Origin: an uncultured Candidatus Binatia bacterium | Lineage (GTDB): Bacteria > Desulfobacterota > Binatia > UBA9968 > JAJDTQ01 | DNA length: 64,000 bases | Reading direction: 5' to 3' | Assembly (NCBI GenBank): GCA_965215605.1 | Contig: OZ244070.1 | Coordinates: 512,001-576,000 of the forward strand | Shown here: positions 9,287-18,635 of the stretch, one piece after another | How positions within the stretch are numbered: the stretch's first letter is position 1 | Layout: each line of letters begins with the position of its first letter | Made by a program: the position numbers and the translations under genes | Notes under the pieces: generated by a model | What the model was told of the DNA's origin: nothing | Databases searched by the model: none | Seen by the model: only the letters and a program-made list of their open reading frames with translations

Positions 9287-10465
9287 ATGGCGGGAACACT
9301 CAAAGGCATCAGGATTCTGGAAATCGCCAACTACGTCACAGGCCCGTTCGCATCCATGCTCATGGCCGACCTCGGCGCCGAGGTCATCAAGGTCGAGGAC
9401 CGGGAACGCGGCGACCCGTTCCGCGGTTGGGGCGGCGGGAAAATGTATTCAGCCACCTTCTGCAGCCTGAACCGAAACAAGAAGAGCATCACCCTGGACC
9501 TCCGCAACGAGGAGGGACAGGAAATCTGCCGCAAGCTCGCCGCCGGGTCGGACGTGCTCGTGGAGAACCACCGCCCAGGGGTCATGGCCCGCCGCGGGCT
9601 CGGCTACGACACCCTCCGCGAGTTGAACCCCAAGATCATCTACTGCTCCATCTCCGGATTCGGCCAGGAGGGACCCTACTGCGACCGCCCCGGATACGAC
9701 ACCGTGGGCCAGGGAATGAGCGGACTTCTGAGCCTCCTGACGGATCCGGATGATCCCAAGGGAATGGGCATCTCCCTGTCCGACCACCTCACCGGGGTGT
9801 ATGCGTGCTACGGCGTGCTGGCGGCGCTGGTGAACCGCATGATGACCGGAGAGGGACAGATCATCGAGACCTCCCTGCTGCGGGCGTCGGTGTCTTTCAC
9901 GGCCGAGAACTGCGCCCGTTACTTCGAGACGGGCGTGGTGCCCAGCAGGGCCGACCGTACGCGCACCGCCGGCGTGTTCGCCTTCGTCGACCGCGACGGC
10001 AGGCCCTTTGTCGTCCACTTGTCCTCGCCCAACAAGTTCTGGCTGGGGCTCGTGGAAGTCGCGGGGAAACCCGAGTGGGCGGAAGACCCTCGCTTCGCCG
10101 AAAAGGAGGGCCGCACTGAACACCACGACCTGCTGGAGCGGGAGCTTCAGGCCATCTTCGAGCGGGACTCGCGCGACGTGTGGCTCAGGAAGCTCGAGGA
10201 ACACGACGTGCCCTCCACCCCCCTGAACAACCTCAAGGACATGTTCGACGACCCGCAGGTCCGGCAGTACGGCTTTCCCATCGAGGTGGAGCACCCGAAG
10301 ATGGGCAAGGTCAAGCTGGTCGGCAGCGGCGTCAACATGAGCCGGACCCCCCCGGAGACCCCCACCCCTCCGCCCATGCTCGGCGAGGACACCGAGGAAA
10401 TCCTGCAGGGCCTGGGATACGGCGCGGAAGCCATCGAGGGGCTGCGCGGCCGGCAGGTCATCTAG
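9287..10465 (+). CDS. CaiB/BaiF family III CoA transferase
   Basis: GPFASMLMADLGAEVIKVE, LNRNKKSITLDL, ENHRPG, SISGFGQEGPY, catalytic Asp in SLSDHLTG. Confidence 0.95.
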   Translation: MAGTLKGIRILEIANYVTGPFASMLMADLGAEVIKVEDRERGDPFRGWGGGKMYSATFCSLNRNKKSITLDLRNEEGQEICRKLAAGSDVLVENHRPGVMARRGLGYDTLRELNPKIIYCSISGFGQEGPYCDRPGYDTVGQGMSGLLSLLTDPDDPKGMGISLSDHLTGVYACYGVLAALVNRMMTGEGQIIETSLLRASVSFTAENCARYFETGVVPSRADRTRTAGVFAFVDRDGRPFVVHLSSPNKFWLGLVEVAGKPEWAEDPRFAEKEGRTEHHDLLERELQAIFERDSRDVWLRKLEEHDVPSTPLNNLKDMFDDPQVRQYGFPIEVEHPKMGKVKLVGSGVNMSRTPPETPTPPPMLGEDTEEILQGLGYGAEAIEGLRGRQVI

Positions 10466-10685
10466 GAGAGTACCCGACAGGCCCCTGGCCTGACGGGTTG
10501 CCCCGGCCGGCGGGGAGGTTCGAGAAGGCGCCTGCCGCGTTTCAGCCGATGCGATTCCATGTCGTTTTGCGTTGATTCCTGATCGCCAATTCTGATAGGA
10601 AGCTTAATTCTCTTGTAACACGGTTGCTTGCGGGACAGCCCCGCGTGACTCACGCCGATGTCGCGCCGACGCAAGGACCCGGTTC

Positions 10686-12107
10686 ATGGAACGGATGACA
10701 GTGATGATTTACAACCCCAAATCCGCCAGCCTCATGGTCGCGCTGTCCCTGTTGGTGAGCTCCTGCGTCTCCATCGACGAGCACGAGCAACTGAGCCGCG
10801 AGAAGCAGCGTGTGGACGTGGACAACGCCACGCTGACGCAGAACCTGGAGCGCCGCGGGCGCGAGGTCACCACCCTGGAAGCGAGGGTCGAAGAACTTAC
10901 GCAAGATGTCAACCGGCGCCAGGGGCTGCTGGATCAAAGGGGACGGGAGCTCACAGACGCCCGCCGGCAGATCAGCGAGTTGACGGAGTCCCTGGCGCAA
11001 CTCCGGCAGGAGTTGACTACCGCCATCGCCGAACGGCGCGGGACCGTGGACCGCTATCGCCGTCGAGTGGCTACCCTCACGGCCGAACGGGACAATACGT
11101 CCAAGGCCGTGGATGACCTCACCGCCCGGCTCGACCAGCGCGCCGCCACGGCACGAGAACTGGACGCCAAGGCTCGGGAATCGGCCGGTCTCCGGGACTC
11201 TCTGGTGAAGCAGAACGCGCTTCTTTCGGCGGCCAAGACCAACCTGGAGGAGAATGTCGCCGCGCTCGTGCGCAAGCGGGACGAATTGACCTCGCGAGTG
11301 AGCGGGCTTGAGAACGAGGTCGCGCGACAGGATCAGGCCATCGCGAGGATGAACGCGCAAACCGGCCGGCTGAACGATGCGAAACAGTCCCTGGAGGCGG
11401 AAATCGCCGGCCAGAAGGCGGGGGCGGCGCAGTTGCAACAACGCATGTCGGAAACGACAAACTTGCTGGACCGGACCCGCGCCGAAAGGGAACAGGCCCT
11501 GACGGATCTCGCGGCCAGGGAACAGGAGTTGGCGGACGCCGTCGCGTCCCGGGAGCAGGTCCGCACCGGGAAGGACCGGGAAATCGCCACCCTGACGAAG
11601 AACCAGCAAGACCTTACCAGGCAGCTAGCCGACCTGAAGGCGGGACATGACGCCGCCACGCGGCAACTGCGGCAACAACTCGAAGAAGCCACGCGTTCGC
11701 TGGAACGGACCGGTGCCGAAGACAAGGAAACAGAAGAAAAACTGGCTGCCCTCACCTCCGCCCACAACGAGACCGTCCGCTCACTGGAACAGACTCGCGC
11801 CGAAAGGGACAGGGCCGTGGCCGATGTGGCCGTCAGGGAACAGGCCGCCGCGCAACTGCGGCAGCGGCTGGACGAAACCAACCCGCCCCTGGAACAGACC
11901 CGTACCGGAAAGCAGCAGGCCGTGGACACGGCAGGCGCCGACAAGCAGGAACTCACCCTGCAGATGGCCCGGGCAACGGCCGAGCGCGATGCGCTCAAGC
12001 AGCAGATCGAGGACAAGCTCGTGCTGGAACCCTACTGGCAGTGGATCTTCGGCGCGGTGGTGGGCCTCGGAGCCCTCGGCTGGGGCACCAGGTGGTTCCG
12101 GGCGTGA
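10686..12107 (+). CDS. Predicted lipoprotein with long coiled coil and C-terminal transmembrane anchor
   Basis: Signal peptide ending LLVSS-C; heptad-rich E/Q/R/A/L body with internal repeats; terminal YWQWIFGAVVGLGALGWG helix. Confidence 0.8.
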   Translation: MERMTVMIYNPKSASLMVALSLLVSSCVSIDEHEQLSREKQRVDVDNATLTQNLERRGREVTTLEARVEELTQDVNRRQGLLDQRGRELTDARRQISELTESLAQLRQELTTAIAERRGTVDRYRRRVATLTAERDNTSKAVDDLTARLDQRAATARELDAKARESAGLRDSLVKQNALLSAAKTNLEENVAALVRKRDELTSRVSGLENEVARQDQAIARMNAQTGRLNDAKQSLEAEIAGQKAGAAQLQQRMSETTNLLDRTRAEREQALTDLAAREQELADAVASREQVRTGKDREIATLTKNQQDLTRQLADLKAGHDAATRQLRQQLEEATRSLERTGAEDKETEEKLAALTSAHNETVRSLEQTRAERDRAVADVAVREQAAAQLRQRLDETNPPLEQTRTGKQQAVDTAGADKQELTLQMARATAERDALKQQIEDKLVLEPYWQWIFGAVVGLGALGWGTRWFRA

Positions 12108-12118
12108 CCGTGGGAACG

Positions 12119-12838
12119 TCAGTCCTTGATGTCCGGCCAATCCCGTAACAGCTTTCCGTAGCCGGAGATGCTGCACGAGAACCCCACCCTCGAGAGCATG
12201 AACCAGAGCATGGCGGGATTGCTGGCCACCACCGGCCGCGCCAGGCTTTGCTCGATGCGGTCCAGGACCTTCAGCGGGTCCAGCACCGCCCCCTGAAAAT
12301 AGATCGCCGCAACGTCAGGGTTTGCCTTGAGCGCCTTTTCCGTGAGGGCGTACACGTCCTCGGGCTCGACCGTCATGGCCTCGCGGTAGTCATCGAAGGT
12401 GTCCGCGGGGGAAACCGGGTCGATGGCGCTATCGGTGAGATAGTCGCGAATCCGCTTGTTCATGACCTCGACGAACGGGGTCAACAGCAGCACCCTCGGA
12501 GTCGACAGGGCCTTGAGGGCCTCGACGCATGACTCCAGCGCCGTCGTCACCGGGACGTCCAAGGCCTCCTTCAACCTCCCCAGCAGTCCCGGATTGAGGA
12601 CCTCCACCGGAGCCCCGCTGACGATGACGCCCTGCCAACCCCGCTCCCGCGCCAGCCGGGCGGATGTCTCCACCACCATGTCTCCGGTGCCCGCAAGGCT
12701 CTCCAGGGAGCCGCGCACGATTCCCAACCCTTCGAACTCCATCTCCACTTCCTGGGGAATGAACGCCCTGAACGGCTCGAAGTGCGGGCTCGAGCTCGAT
12801 ATCGGCGTGACGAAACCAATCTTGACCGGATCTGCCAT
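12119..12838 (-). CDS. Asp/Glu racemase superfamily (maleate isomerase/AMDase-like) protein without catalytic cysteines
   Basis: DVPVTTA, LLTPF, IEQSLARPVVASNPAMLW, GYGKLL. VSGAP and FQGAV occupy the two Cys positions. Confidence 0.8.
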   Translation of the reverse strand: MADPVKIGFVTPISSSSPHFEPFRAFIPQEVEMEFEGLGIVRGSLESLAGTGDMVVETSARLARERGWQGVIVSGAPVEVLNPGLLGRLKEALDVPVTTALESCVEALKALSTPRVLLLTPFVEVMNKRIRDYLTDSAIDPVSPADTFDDYREAMTVEPEDVYALTEKALKANPDVAAIYFQGAVLDPLKVLDRIEQSLARPVVASNPAMLWFMLSRVGFSCSISGYGKLLRDWPDIKD

Positions 12839-12868
12839 GACGCCCTCCTGTTCCCGTATCCGCTTTTT

Positions 12869-14077
12869 CTAGAACGAACGCGCGGCAATCCAACTGCCGC
12901 CGATGAAAGTTCCCAACGTGCTTCCCAGATTCGAGAATACCACCACCAGAAGGATGCGTGAGACGGGATTGCGCCAAAGCCCCTTGGGAAAGGCGCTCAC
13001 TACCTCGCCCATGGCCTCCAGGTCGGCCACGGTGGGCTTCTTGACCCATGCCTGGACCAGTCCCGAAACCCATCCGGCGGCGATGGTCGGGTTGAGGCTG
13101 GTGATGGGCGCGGCCAGAAAGGCCGCCAGCACCGTCAACGGGTGGCCCAGGGCCAACGCCGCCCCGACAGCCGCCAGAACGCCGTTTGCCAGCACCCAGA
13201 TGGAGATGGACTCCAACGAGTGGGCGGCGCCGGCGCGGTAGAACCCGTAGGCGACGACCGCCACGATCAGGGAAGGCACCAGCCACTTGACGCCACCGGA
13301 CCAGTATGAGGGGGCCGGCACCGTTTCGAGGGGCGCCAGCGGCTGGTCCCGAAGGATCTCGCGGGCGATGCCCGGCACGTGCCCCGCGCCGACGATGGCC
13401 ACCACCCTCTCCCCTTCGGCCTCCCTGATCTTCTGCGCCAGGTAGGCATCCCGCTCGTCGATGACGGTCCACTTCACGTCGGGAAAGGCCTTGGCGAACT
13501 CCACCAGGACATCCCCCATCCCGTCCTGGCGCTTGAGATCGTCCAGCGTCTCCTTGTCGATCTCCGGCTCTGCCAAGGCGCTGGTGAGAAGCAGGAAGAG
13601 GAGCTTCAGCTTTTTCCACGGCCCGAGGCGCCGCCAGGTCCTCTTCATGGTCACCTGGACGTCGCGGTCCGCGAGCACCAGCTCCGCGTCACGCTCATGG
13701 GCCAGCCGGATGCCCTCCAGCATGTCGGCCCCGGGCCGCACCCCCAGCCGATCGCCGATGCGCTTGTAGAACGCCGACATGATCAACTGGCTCAACAGGA
13801 GCGTCGCCTTGCCCTCCTTGATGACCTTGAAGACATCGGTCTTCTGCCACGCATCGGGCCGGGTAAACGCCTCGTAGCGGGCCTGGCACAACTCCACGCA
13901 GATGGCGTCGGGGTCCACCATCTCGACGGTCGCGCGCACGTCGTCGACGCTCTCCAACGACACGTGCGCCGTGCCGACGAGATAGACGTCCCGCCCCCGG
14001 TCGCGCAGCCGCCGGGTATTCGCGGGGAGCCCGGCGACGGCCGGGCCCTGTGAACCGCCCGTGTCCACCCGGTTCAA
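12869..14077 (-). CDS. TraB/PrgY (pheromone-shutdown-like, TIKI superfamily) membrane protein
   Basis: VGTAHVS, ICVELC, LADRD, ERD, VAIVGAGH, then C-terminal TM domain with APITSLNP. Confidence 0.9.
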   Translation of the reverse strand: MNRVDTGGSQGPAVAGLPANTRRLRDRGRDVYLVGTAHVSLESVDDVRATVEMVDPDAICVELCQARYEAFTRPDAWQKTDVFKVIKEGKATLLLSQLIMSAFYKRIGDRLGVRPGADMLEGIRLAHERDAELVLADRDVQVTMKRTWRRLGPWKKLKLLFLLLTSALAEPEIDKETLDDLKRQDGMGDVLVEFAKAFPDVKWTVIDERDAYLAQKIREAEGERVVAIVGAGHVPGIAREILRDQPLAPLETVPAPSYWSGGVKWLVPSLIVAVVAYGFYRAGAAHSLESISIWVLANGVLAAVGAALALGHPLTVLAAFLAAPITSLNPTIAAGWVSGLVQAWVKKPTVADLEAMGEVVSAFPKGLWRNPVSRILLVVVFSNLGSTLGTFIGGSWIAARSF

Positions 14078-14889
14078 GCCTGGGCCACCGGCCCGTCGTA
14101 GTCACGCAGCCAGCCGATGAACTGAACGATCTGGTCCACCATGTAGTCGTGGTACGCCTTGCCCTTTTCGGGGGAAGCCTTGATGGAGGGGCTGAAGGAT
14201 CCGGTGGGCACGATACGGCGCTGTTCGGCGCTGGTCCAGGGAATGTCGATGACTTCGTGCGGCGCGGAAAAGAGGTCTCCGTGAGACCACGGCGAGAAGT
14301 TCTTGTCGAAGTCTACCTGCGACGTGGTCAGCTTCTCCTGTTTGATCAGGTGCGGGTACTTGTACCAGCACTCCGAAATCTCCAGCTCGCCGCTGTGATG
14401 CTCCTTGGCCTCCTTGATCTCGTTGGCGATTTTCTTGGCGATCTTCACCGGGTCGATGACCGCGAAGAAGACCTCGGGCATCTCGAACTCCCGGAGGTTC
14501 TTGGTGGCCGCCAGCAGGCCCGGGAGGTTGGCGCCCTTGTGGCCGTTGATAATGAGGATCTTCCGGAAGCCGTGCTTGTGCAGGCTCCGGCTCATGTCCT
14601 GGATCACCGCCATCAGGGTCTCTGTGCGGAGCGAGATGGTTCCCGGGAATCCCAGGTGATGCGGCGAGTCACCGAACCACAGCGGCGGCGTGCACAGCGT
14701 CCCGGTGGCGCGGGCCACATCCTCCGCCAGAGCGATGGCGATGAGGCAATCCAGTCCTAGCGGACCCGCGGGCCCGTGCTCTTCCGTGCTGCCCACCGGG
14801 CAGATGATCATGTCCGAGTCCTCGAGATAGGCCCCGACATCCTCCCAAGTCAGTTCCTGAAGCCATACCGAGCCGCGTTGCGCCGCCAT
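14074..14889 (-). CDS. Creatininase family protein
   Basis: PVGSTEEHG, GDSPHHLGFPGTISL, INGHKGAN, HSGELE. Confidence 0.92.
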   Translation of the reverse strand: MAAQRGSVWLQELTWEDVGAYLEDSDMIICPVGSTEEHGPAGPLGLDCLIAIALAEDVARATGTLCTPPLWFGDSPHHLGFPGTISLRTETLMAVIQDMSRSLHKHGFRKILIINGHKGANLPGLLAATKNLREFEMPEVFFAVIDPVKIAKKIANEIKEAKEHHSGELEISECWYKYPHLIKQEKLTTSQVDFDKNFSPWSHGDLFSAPHEVIDIPWTSAEQRRIVPTGSFSPSIKASPEKGKAYHDYMVDQIVQFIGWLRDYDGPVAQA

Positions 14890-14960
14890 TGTCGTCTCCT
14901 CCCGTTTATCGGGTCATGCCTGTCCTACGGCGCCGTCTCCGCAACGCCCGCGGTTCCCGG

Positions 14961-15938
14961 TTATTTGATCGCCAGGGGATTCGTCGGGGAACCCACGGCC
15001 CCGGTGACCGGCAGCGCCGGCGCCACGAACATGAACTCGTAACGCCCGTCCTCGGCGCAGTCCTCCGCCAACTCGTCCAGATGGAAAATCTCGCCCACGG
15101 TGAGGCCCATGTTCGGAATGCTGACCCAGTGCCACGGCTGGTTGGCCTCCCGGGTCTGGTTGGGCCGGACCTCCACCCCCCAGGTGTCCGTGGCCACCGC
15201 GGCCACTTCCCTGGCGTGGAGCCAATCCAGGGTTTCGAAGCCCAGGCCCGGGGCGTCGCCGCCCGGATAGCCGTCCCACGACCCTGCGTCCCGCTTGGCC
15301 TTGATCTGGCCCGTCCGCACCAGCACGAAGTCGCCCCGGCGCACCTCCACGTCCTCGCTCTTCAGGGTGCGGTCGAGGTCCCGGCTGGTGATGGCGTAGC
15401 CGTCCTTGAGCCACTCGCTACCCTTGGCCCGGGCCACGTCCAGCAGAACGCCGCGGCCCACCATCTTGTCGCGGGTCTTCTCGATGCCGTTCCTGGCCGC
15501 GCCGCCCGAGGTCACCAGCCGGCAATCGTAGCCGTTGTACATCCGGTCTTCATAGAAGATGTGCGCCAACCCGTCCCACTGGGTGCCCGCCTGAAGCGGC
15601 ATGATGATCACGTCGTCGGCGCCCCGGATGCCGCGGTGGTCGAGCACCCCCGAATAGGCGTCGGTGCCGGTCCGGAGCATGAGGTGGATGGGGTTGAAGC
15701 GGCCCATGGCCGGGTAGTTGCTCTTGCCCCCCTGCGGACCGTTGGCGTCGAAATCGAGGGCCAGGGAGAACACCCGGCCCCTGCGCACGAGTTGCGCGGC
15801 GGCGACGATGTCCTCGGGAGTGGTGAAATTGAGCGTGCCGACCTCGTCGTGCTCGCCCCACCGGCCCCAGTTGCGGAGCCGCTTGGCCGCTTCCCGGATA
15901 CGCTCCATGGTGAGTTTCGGACGCCTTCGAGTCGCCAA
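14961..15938 (-). CDS. Cyclase family (kynurenine formamidase-like) metal-dependent hydrolase
   Basis: NWGRWGEHDEVGTLN, GTQWDGLAH, GRGVLLDVA, GSPTNPLAIK. TTG at 15938 is 6 nt after GAGGAGG. Confidence 0.9.
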   Translation of the reverse strand: MATRRRPKLTMERIREAAKRLRNWGRWGEHDEVGTLNFTTPEDIVAAAQLVRRGRVFSLALDFDANGPQGGKSNYPAMGRFNPIHLMLRTGTDAYSGVLDHRGIRGADDVIIMPLQAGTQWDGLAHIFYEDRMYNGYDCRLVTSGGAARNGIEKTRDKMVGRGVLLDVARAKGSEWLKDGYAITSRDLDRTLKSEDVEVRRGDFVLVRTGQIKAKRDAGSWDGYPGGDAPGLGFETLDWLHAREVAAVATDTWGVEVRPNQTREANQPWHWVSIPNMGLTVGEIFHLDELAEDCAEDGRYEFMFVAPALPVTGAVGSPTNPLAIK

Positions 15939-16002
15939 GACCAACCTCCTCGGCTGCTGATCGGGTTGAAACTGTCAACGGGATTGCCTATGAATTCCCC
16001 GT

Positions 16003-16266
16003 ATGTCGTCCGTCGCCGACAACGGCAAGGGTCAGAAGGTGATGCTCGGCTTCGTGGTGCGGCGTTGCGCCAGGGAACTCGGCCACGCCCCCGCTCCTCA
16101 CGAATTCGCCGCCTGGGCCAACAACCAGATTCTCGACGGAGAACCCTACCGCATCTTCGGGCAAGCCATCTCGGCCGAGGCCGCGAAGATCATGCTGCAC
16201 AGCCTCGACCGGCTCGTGACCGTCCGCTCACGGGAGGTCATTCTCGGTCAGCCCGATGCTCCCTGA
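16003..16266 (+). CDS. Hypothetical protein (87 aa)
   Basis: Fills the gap, GC-biased third positions, globular-looking sequence; no family recognised. Confidence 0.6.
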   Translation: MSSVADNGKGQKVMLGFVVRRCARELGHAPAPHEFAAWANNQILDGEPYRIFGQAISAEAAKIMLHSLDRLVTVRSREVILGQPDAP

Positions 16267-16286
16267 GGCGCCGGCGGGATACAACA

Positions 16287-17438
16287 CTAGGAAGCCTTCC
16301 TCACCGCGTCGCTGATGTCCAGGTTGTAGAGCCGGGCGCCGTTGTCCTGCAGGATCTTCGTCTTGGCGTCCTTGCTCATGTCTTCCCGTTGCTTCAGGTA
16401 GTCGCTGGACAGGACTTCCCGATCGCCGTGGGGCATATCCGAGCCGTAGACCACCTGCCCGTCGCCCACCAGCTCCACCACCTCGGGCAAGAGCCTGTCT
16501 TCCACTTCCGCGCTCAGGTAGAGATTCCCCTGCCGCATGTACTCCATGGGCGCCAGCTTGGCCTTGGGAACCGTGTCCGGGAGGATATCGGCGAGGAAGT
16601 TGCCCGAGTGGCCGAAGCGATGGTCCAGACGGTCAATCATGAAGTGGACCCACTGGCATCCGGCTTCGAGAAATCCCACGCGCATGGTCGGGAAACGGTC
16701 CAGCAGGCCGCTGTTGATCATCGCCGAGAAGCCCAGAAGGACCGGCATGAGAAACGCGTTGACGGACGACGGATAGATGTGGGTGAAGAGACCGCTGAGG
16801 GCCGGACATGACCAGCCCACGTGGATCGCCAGGGTCAGGTCTCTCTCCACCAGCGCCTCGTAGAACGGCAGGAAGGCGGGATCGTCCAGCATGCGGTCGC
16901 CGATGGTGCCCAGCACCATGACGGCCACCGCGCCAAGGCCGTGGGCTTCCCTTACCTGCTCCACCGCCCCTTCCACGTCGTCCAGGTTCACCACCGCGGC
17001 CCACTTGAGCCGCTCGTGGGCGCCTATCTGATCGCCCAGGAAACGGTTGTACGCGGTGCTCATGGCGGTGACCAGCCCAGGGTTCGCGGCCAGGGGGTAG
17101 GCCAGGAACAGCGTCGGATAGAGGACCTGGAGCGAGATTCCCTCCTTGTCCATGGCCTCGATCCGCTCCTTGATCCCGTGGATCTCCATGCTGCCGATGG
17201 TGTCGGACTTCTTCTGCGCGTGGGGCGTCTTCTTCCCCTGGTAGCTGGCCGGGGTCCCCAGATTGTGGGCGCCGCGCCCTACCCGGCGCGGGTACATCTG
17301 CTCCTCGATCATCCAGTAGACCATCTTGTCGATGGCCACCACCCGCGGCCGTTGCGCTCGGAACGCCGGGTCGAAGTATTTGTCGCTGAACGTGGTTTCG
17401 CTTTCCTCGACGTGTCCGTCCGCGTCAACCAGATACAT
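16287..17438 (-). CDS. Amidohydrolase_2 family protein (DxDxH type)
   Basis: VDADGHVEE, QVLYPT, AYNRF, AIHVG, FLEAG, YGSDMPH. Confidence 0.92.
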   Translation of the reverse strand: MYLVDADGHVEESETTFSDKYFDPAFRAQRPRVVAIDKMVYWMIEEQMYPRRVGRGAHNLGTPASYQGKKTPHAQKKSDTIGSMEIHGIKERIEAMDKEGISLQVLYPTLFLAYPLAANPGLVTAMSTAYNRFLGDQIGAHERLKWAAVVNLDDVEGAVEQVREAHGLGAVAVMVLGTIGDRMLDDPAFLPFYEALVERDLTLAIHVGWSCPALSGLFTHIYPSSVNAFLMPVLLGFSAMINSGLLDRFPTMRVGFLEAGCQWVHFMIDRLDHRFGHSGNFLADILPDTVPKAKLAPMEYMRQGNLYLSAEVEDRLLPEVVELVGDGQVVYGSDMPHGDREVLSSDYLKQREDMSKDAKTKILQDNGARLYNLDISDAVRKAS

Positions 17439-17555
17439 GTTTCACCTCCGTGTGTTGGGCCGGGCCCGCTTCGATCATCCTTGGGCGCGGCCCCTCTGGA
17501 TTTAACCTAACCGGTCGGGCAGTTCAAGGCTGGCGGGCTTTGTTGGCCCCCCGCG

Positions 17556-17584
17556 TTGACACGGCGTAGAAAAATTCCTAGGGT
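17556..17584 (+). promoter_or_regulatory. Putative sigma70 promoter of the ABC operon
   Basis: TTGACA-17 nt-TAGGGT upstream of GGAGG and ATG 17652. Confidence 0.55.
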
Positions 17585-17651
17585 GCATGGCTTCACCGAT
17601 GACACGGAAGCTCATCGGGAACATTCCTGACAAACGACGAGGAGGGTAATC

Positions 17652-18617
17652 ATGGTCCGAATCATTTCGAGCCTTCTGATCGCGGCAGTCGCGCTGGCCG
17701 GCACGGCACCGGTCCTGGCCCAGGACATGCCAAAAATACCCATCGGCTCGTTCGACAAGCCGTCGTTCGGCCACACCACGGCGTCTCTGATCGAGGCCAA
17801 CGAATTCGACAAGAAGCACGGCATCGATCTCCAGTGGACCTTCAAGAAACCCCGCGCGGCCAACACGGACTTCGCCACCGGCAGGGACAAGATCACCATC
17901 GCCTCGGCGGTCCTGTCGGAAGCCAACCGCCGGCTCAAGGGGGTCAAGTCCGTATACCTCTTCAACGTGCTCAACGGCCACGGCGCGCTGTTGACCATGG
18001 ACCCCGCCATCAACAGCATCGCGGACCTCGAGGGCAAGAGCCTGGGGGCGGTCACCGTGACCACCAACTACGCCATGTTCCGCTACTTCGCCCAGAAGGC
18101 CGGGGTCGACCTGAACAAGGTGGCCGTCCAGTCCACCAACACCGCGGGATTGGCGACTCTGCTGATGGCCAAGCGCGCCGACGCGGTGCACATCTGGGAG
18201 CCCAACTATTCCAAGATGCTGGTGGGCAATCCCGGCAAGCTCAAGATGATCGAATACTTCCACCAGTGGCAATCGATACACGGGGCGCCGCAGAGAGGCT
18301 TCCTCGGCATTGCCGCGCACGAAGACTGGATTGCCGCCAACAAGGCGCTGATCCCGAAGATCTACGCGGCCTTCGAGGAGTTGGCCAAGTGGCTGCCGAC
18401 GCACCATGAGGAGGCCGCCACGATCATCGAGAAGGAGGCCGGCGTGCCCAAGGAGGCGTTCCTGATGGCCCTCGCCACGGCCCGCTATCCCCTGGACGTG
18501 GTGCCAGCACAAGAGATCGAAGCCAACATGAAGGCGCTTTTTCAGGCTGGCATCGACAGCGGCTACATGAAGAAGATGCCGGACGACGGCATCATCTACC
18601 GCGGCAAGGTCCGCTAG
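17652..18617 (+). CDS. ABC substrate-binding protein (NMT1/SsuA/TauA-like)
   Basis: Signal peptide; INSIADLEGKSLG, ADAVHIWEP. Confidence 0.88.
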   Translation: MVRIISSLLIAAVALAGTAPVLAQDMPKIPIGSFDKPSFGHTTASLIEANEFDKKHGIDLQWTFKKPRAANTDFATGRDKITIASAVLSEANRRLKGVKSVYLFNVLNGHGALLTMDPAINSIADLEGKSLGAVTVTTNYAMFRYFAQKAGVDLNKVAVQSTNTAGLATLLMAKRADAVHIWEPNYSKMLVGNPGKLKMIEYFHQWQSIHGAPQRGFLGIAAHEDWIAANKALIPKIYAAFEELAKWLPTHHEEAATIIEKEAGVPKEAFLMALATARYPLDVVPAQEIEANMKALFQAGIDSGYMKKMPDDGIIYRGKVR

Positions 18618-18635
18618 TCAGGCGCCGCTTCCGGC

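Noticed and set aside
12869-14077. TraB as evidence of conjugation or a plasmid
   Set aside because: This is the TraB/PrgY family, unrelated to type IV secretion TraB, and there are no transfer genes.
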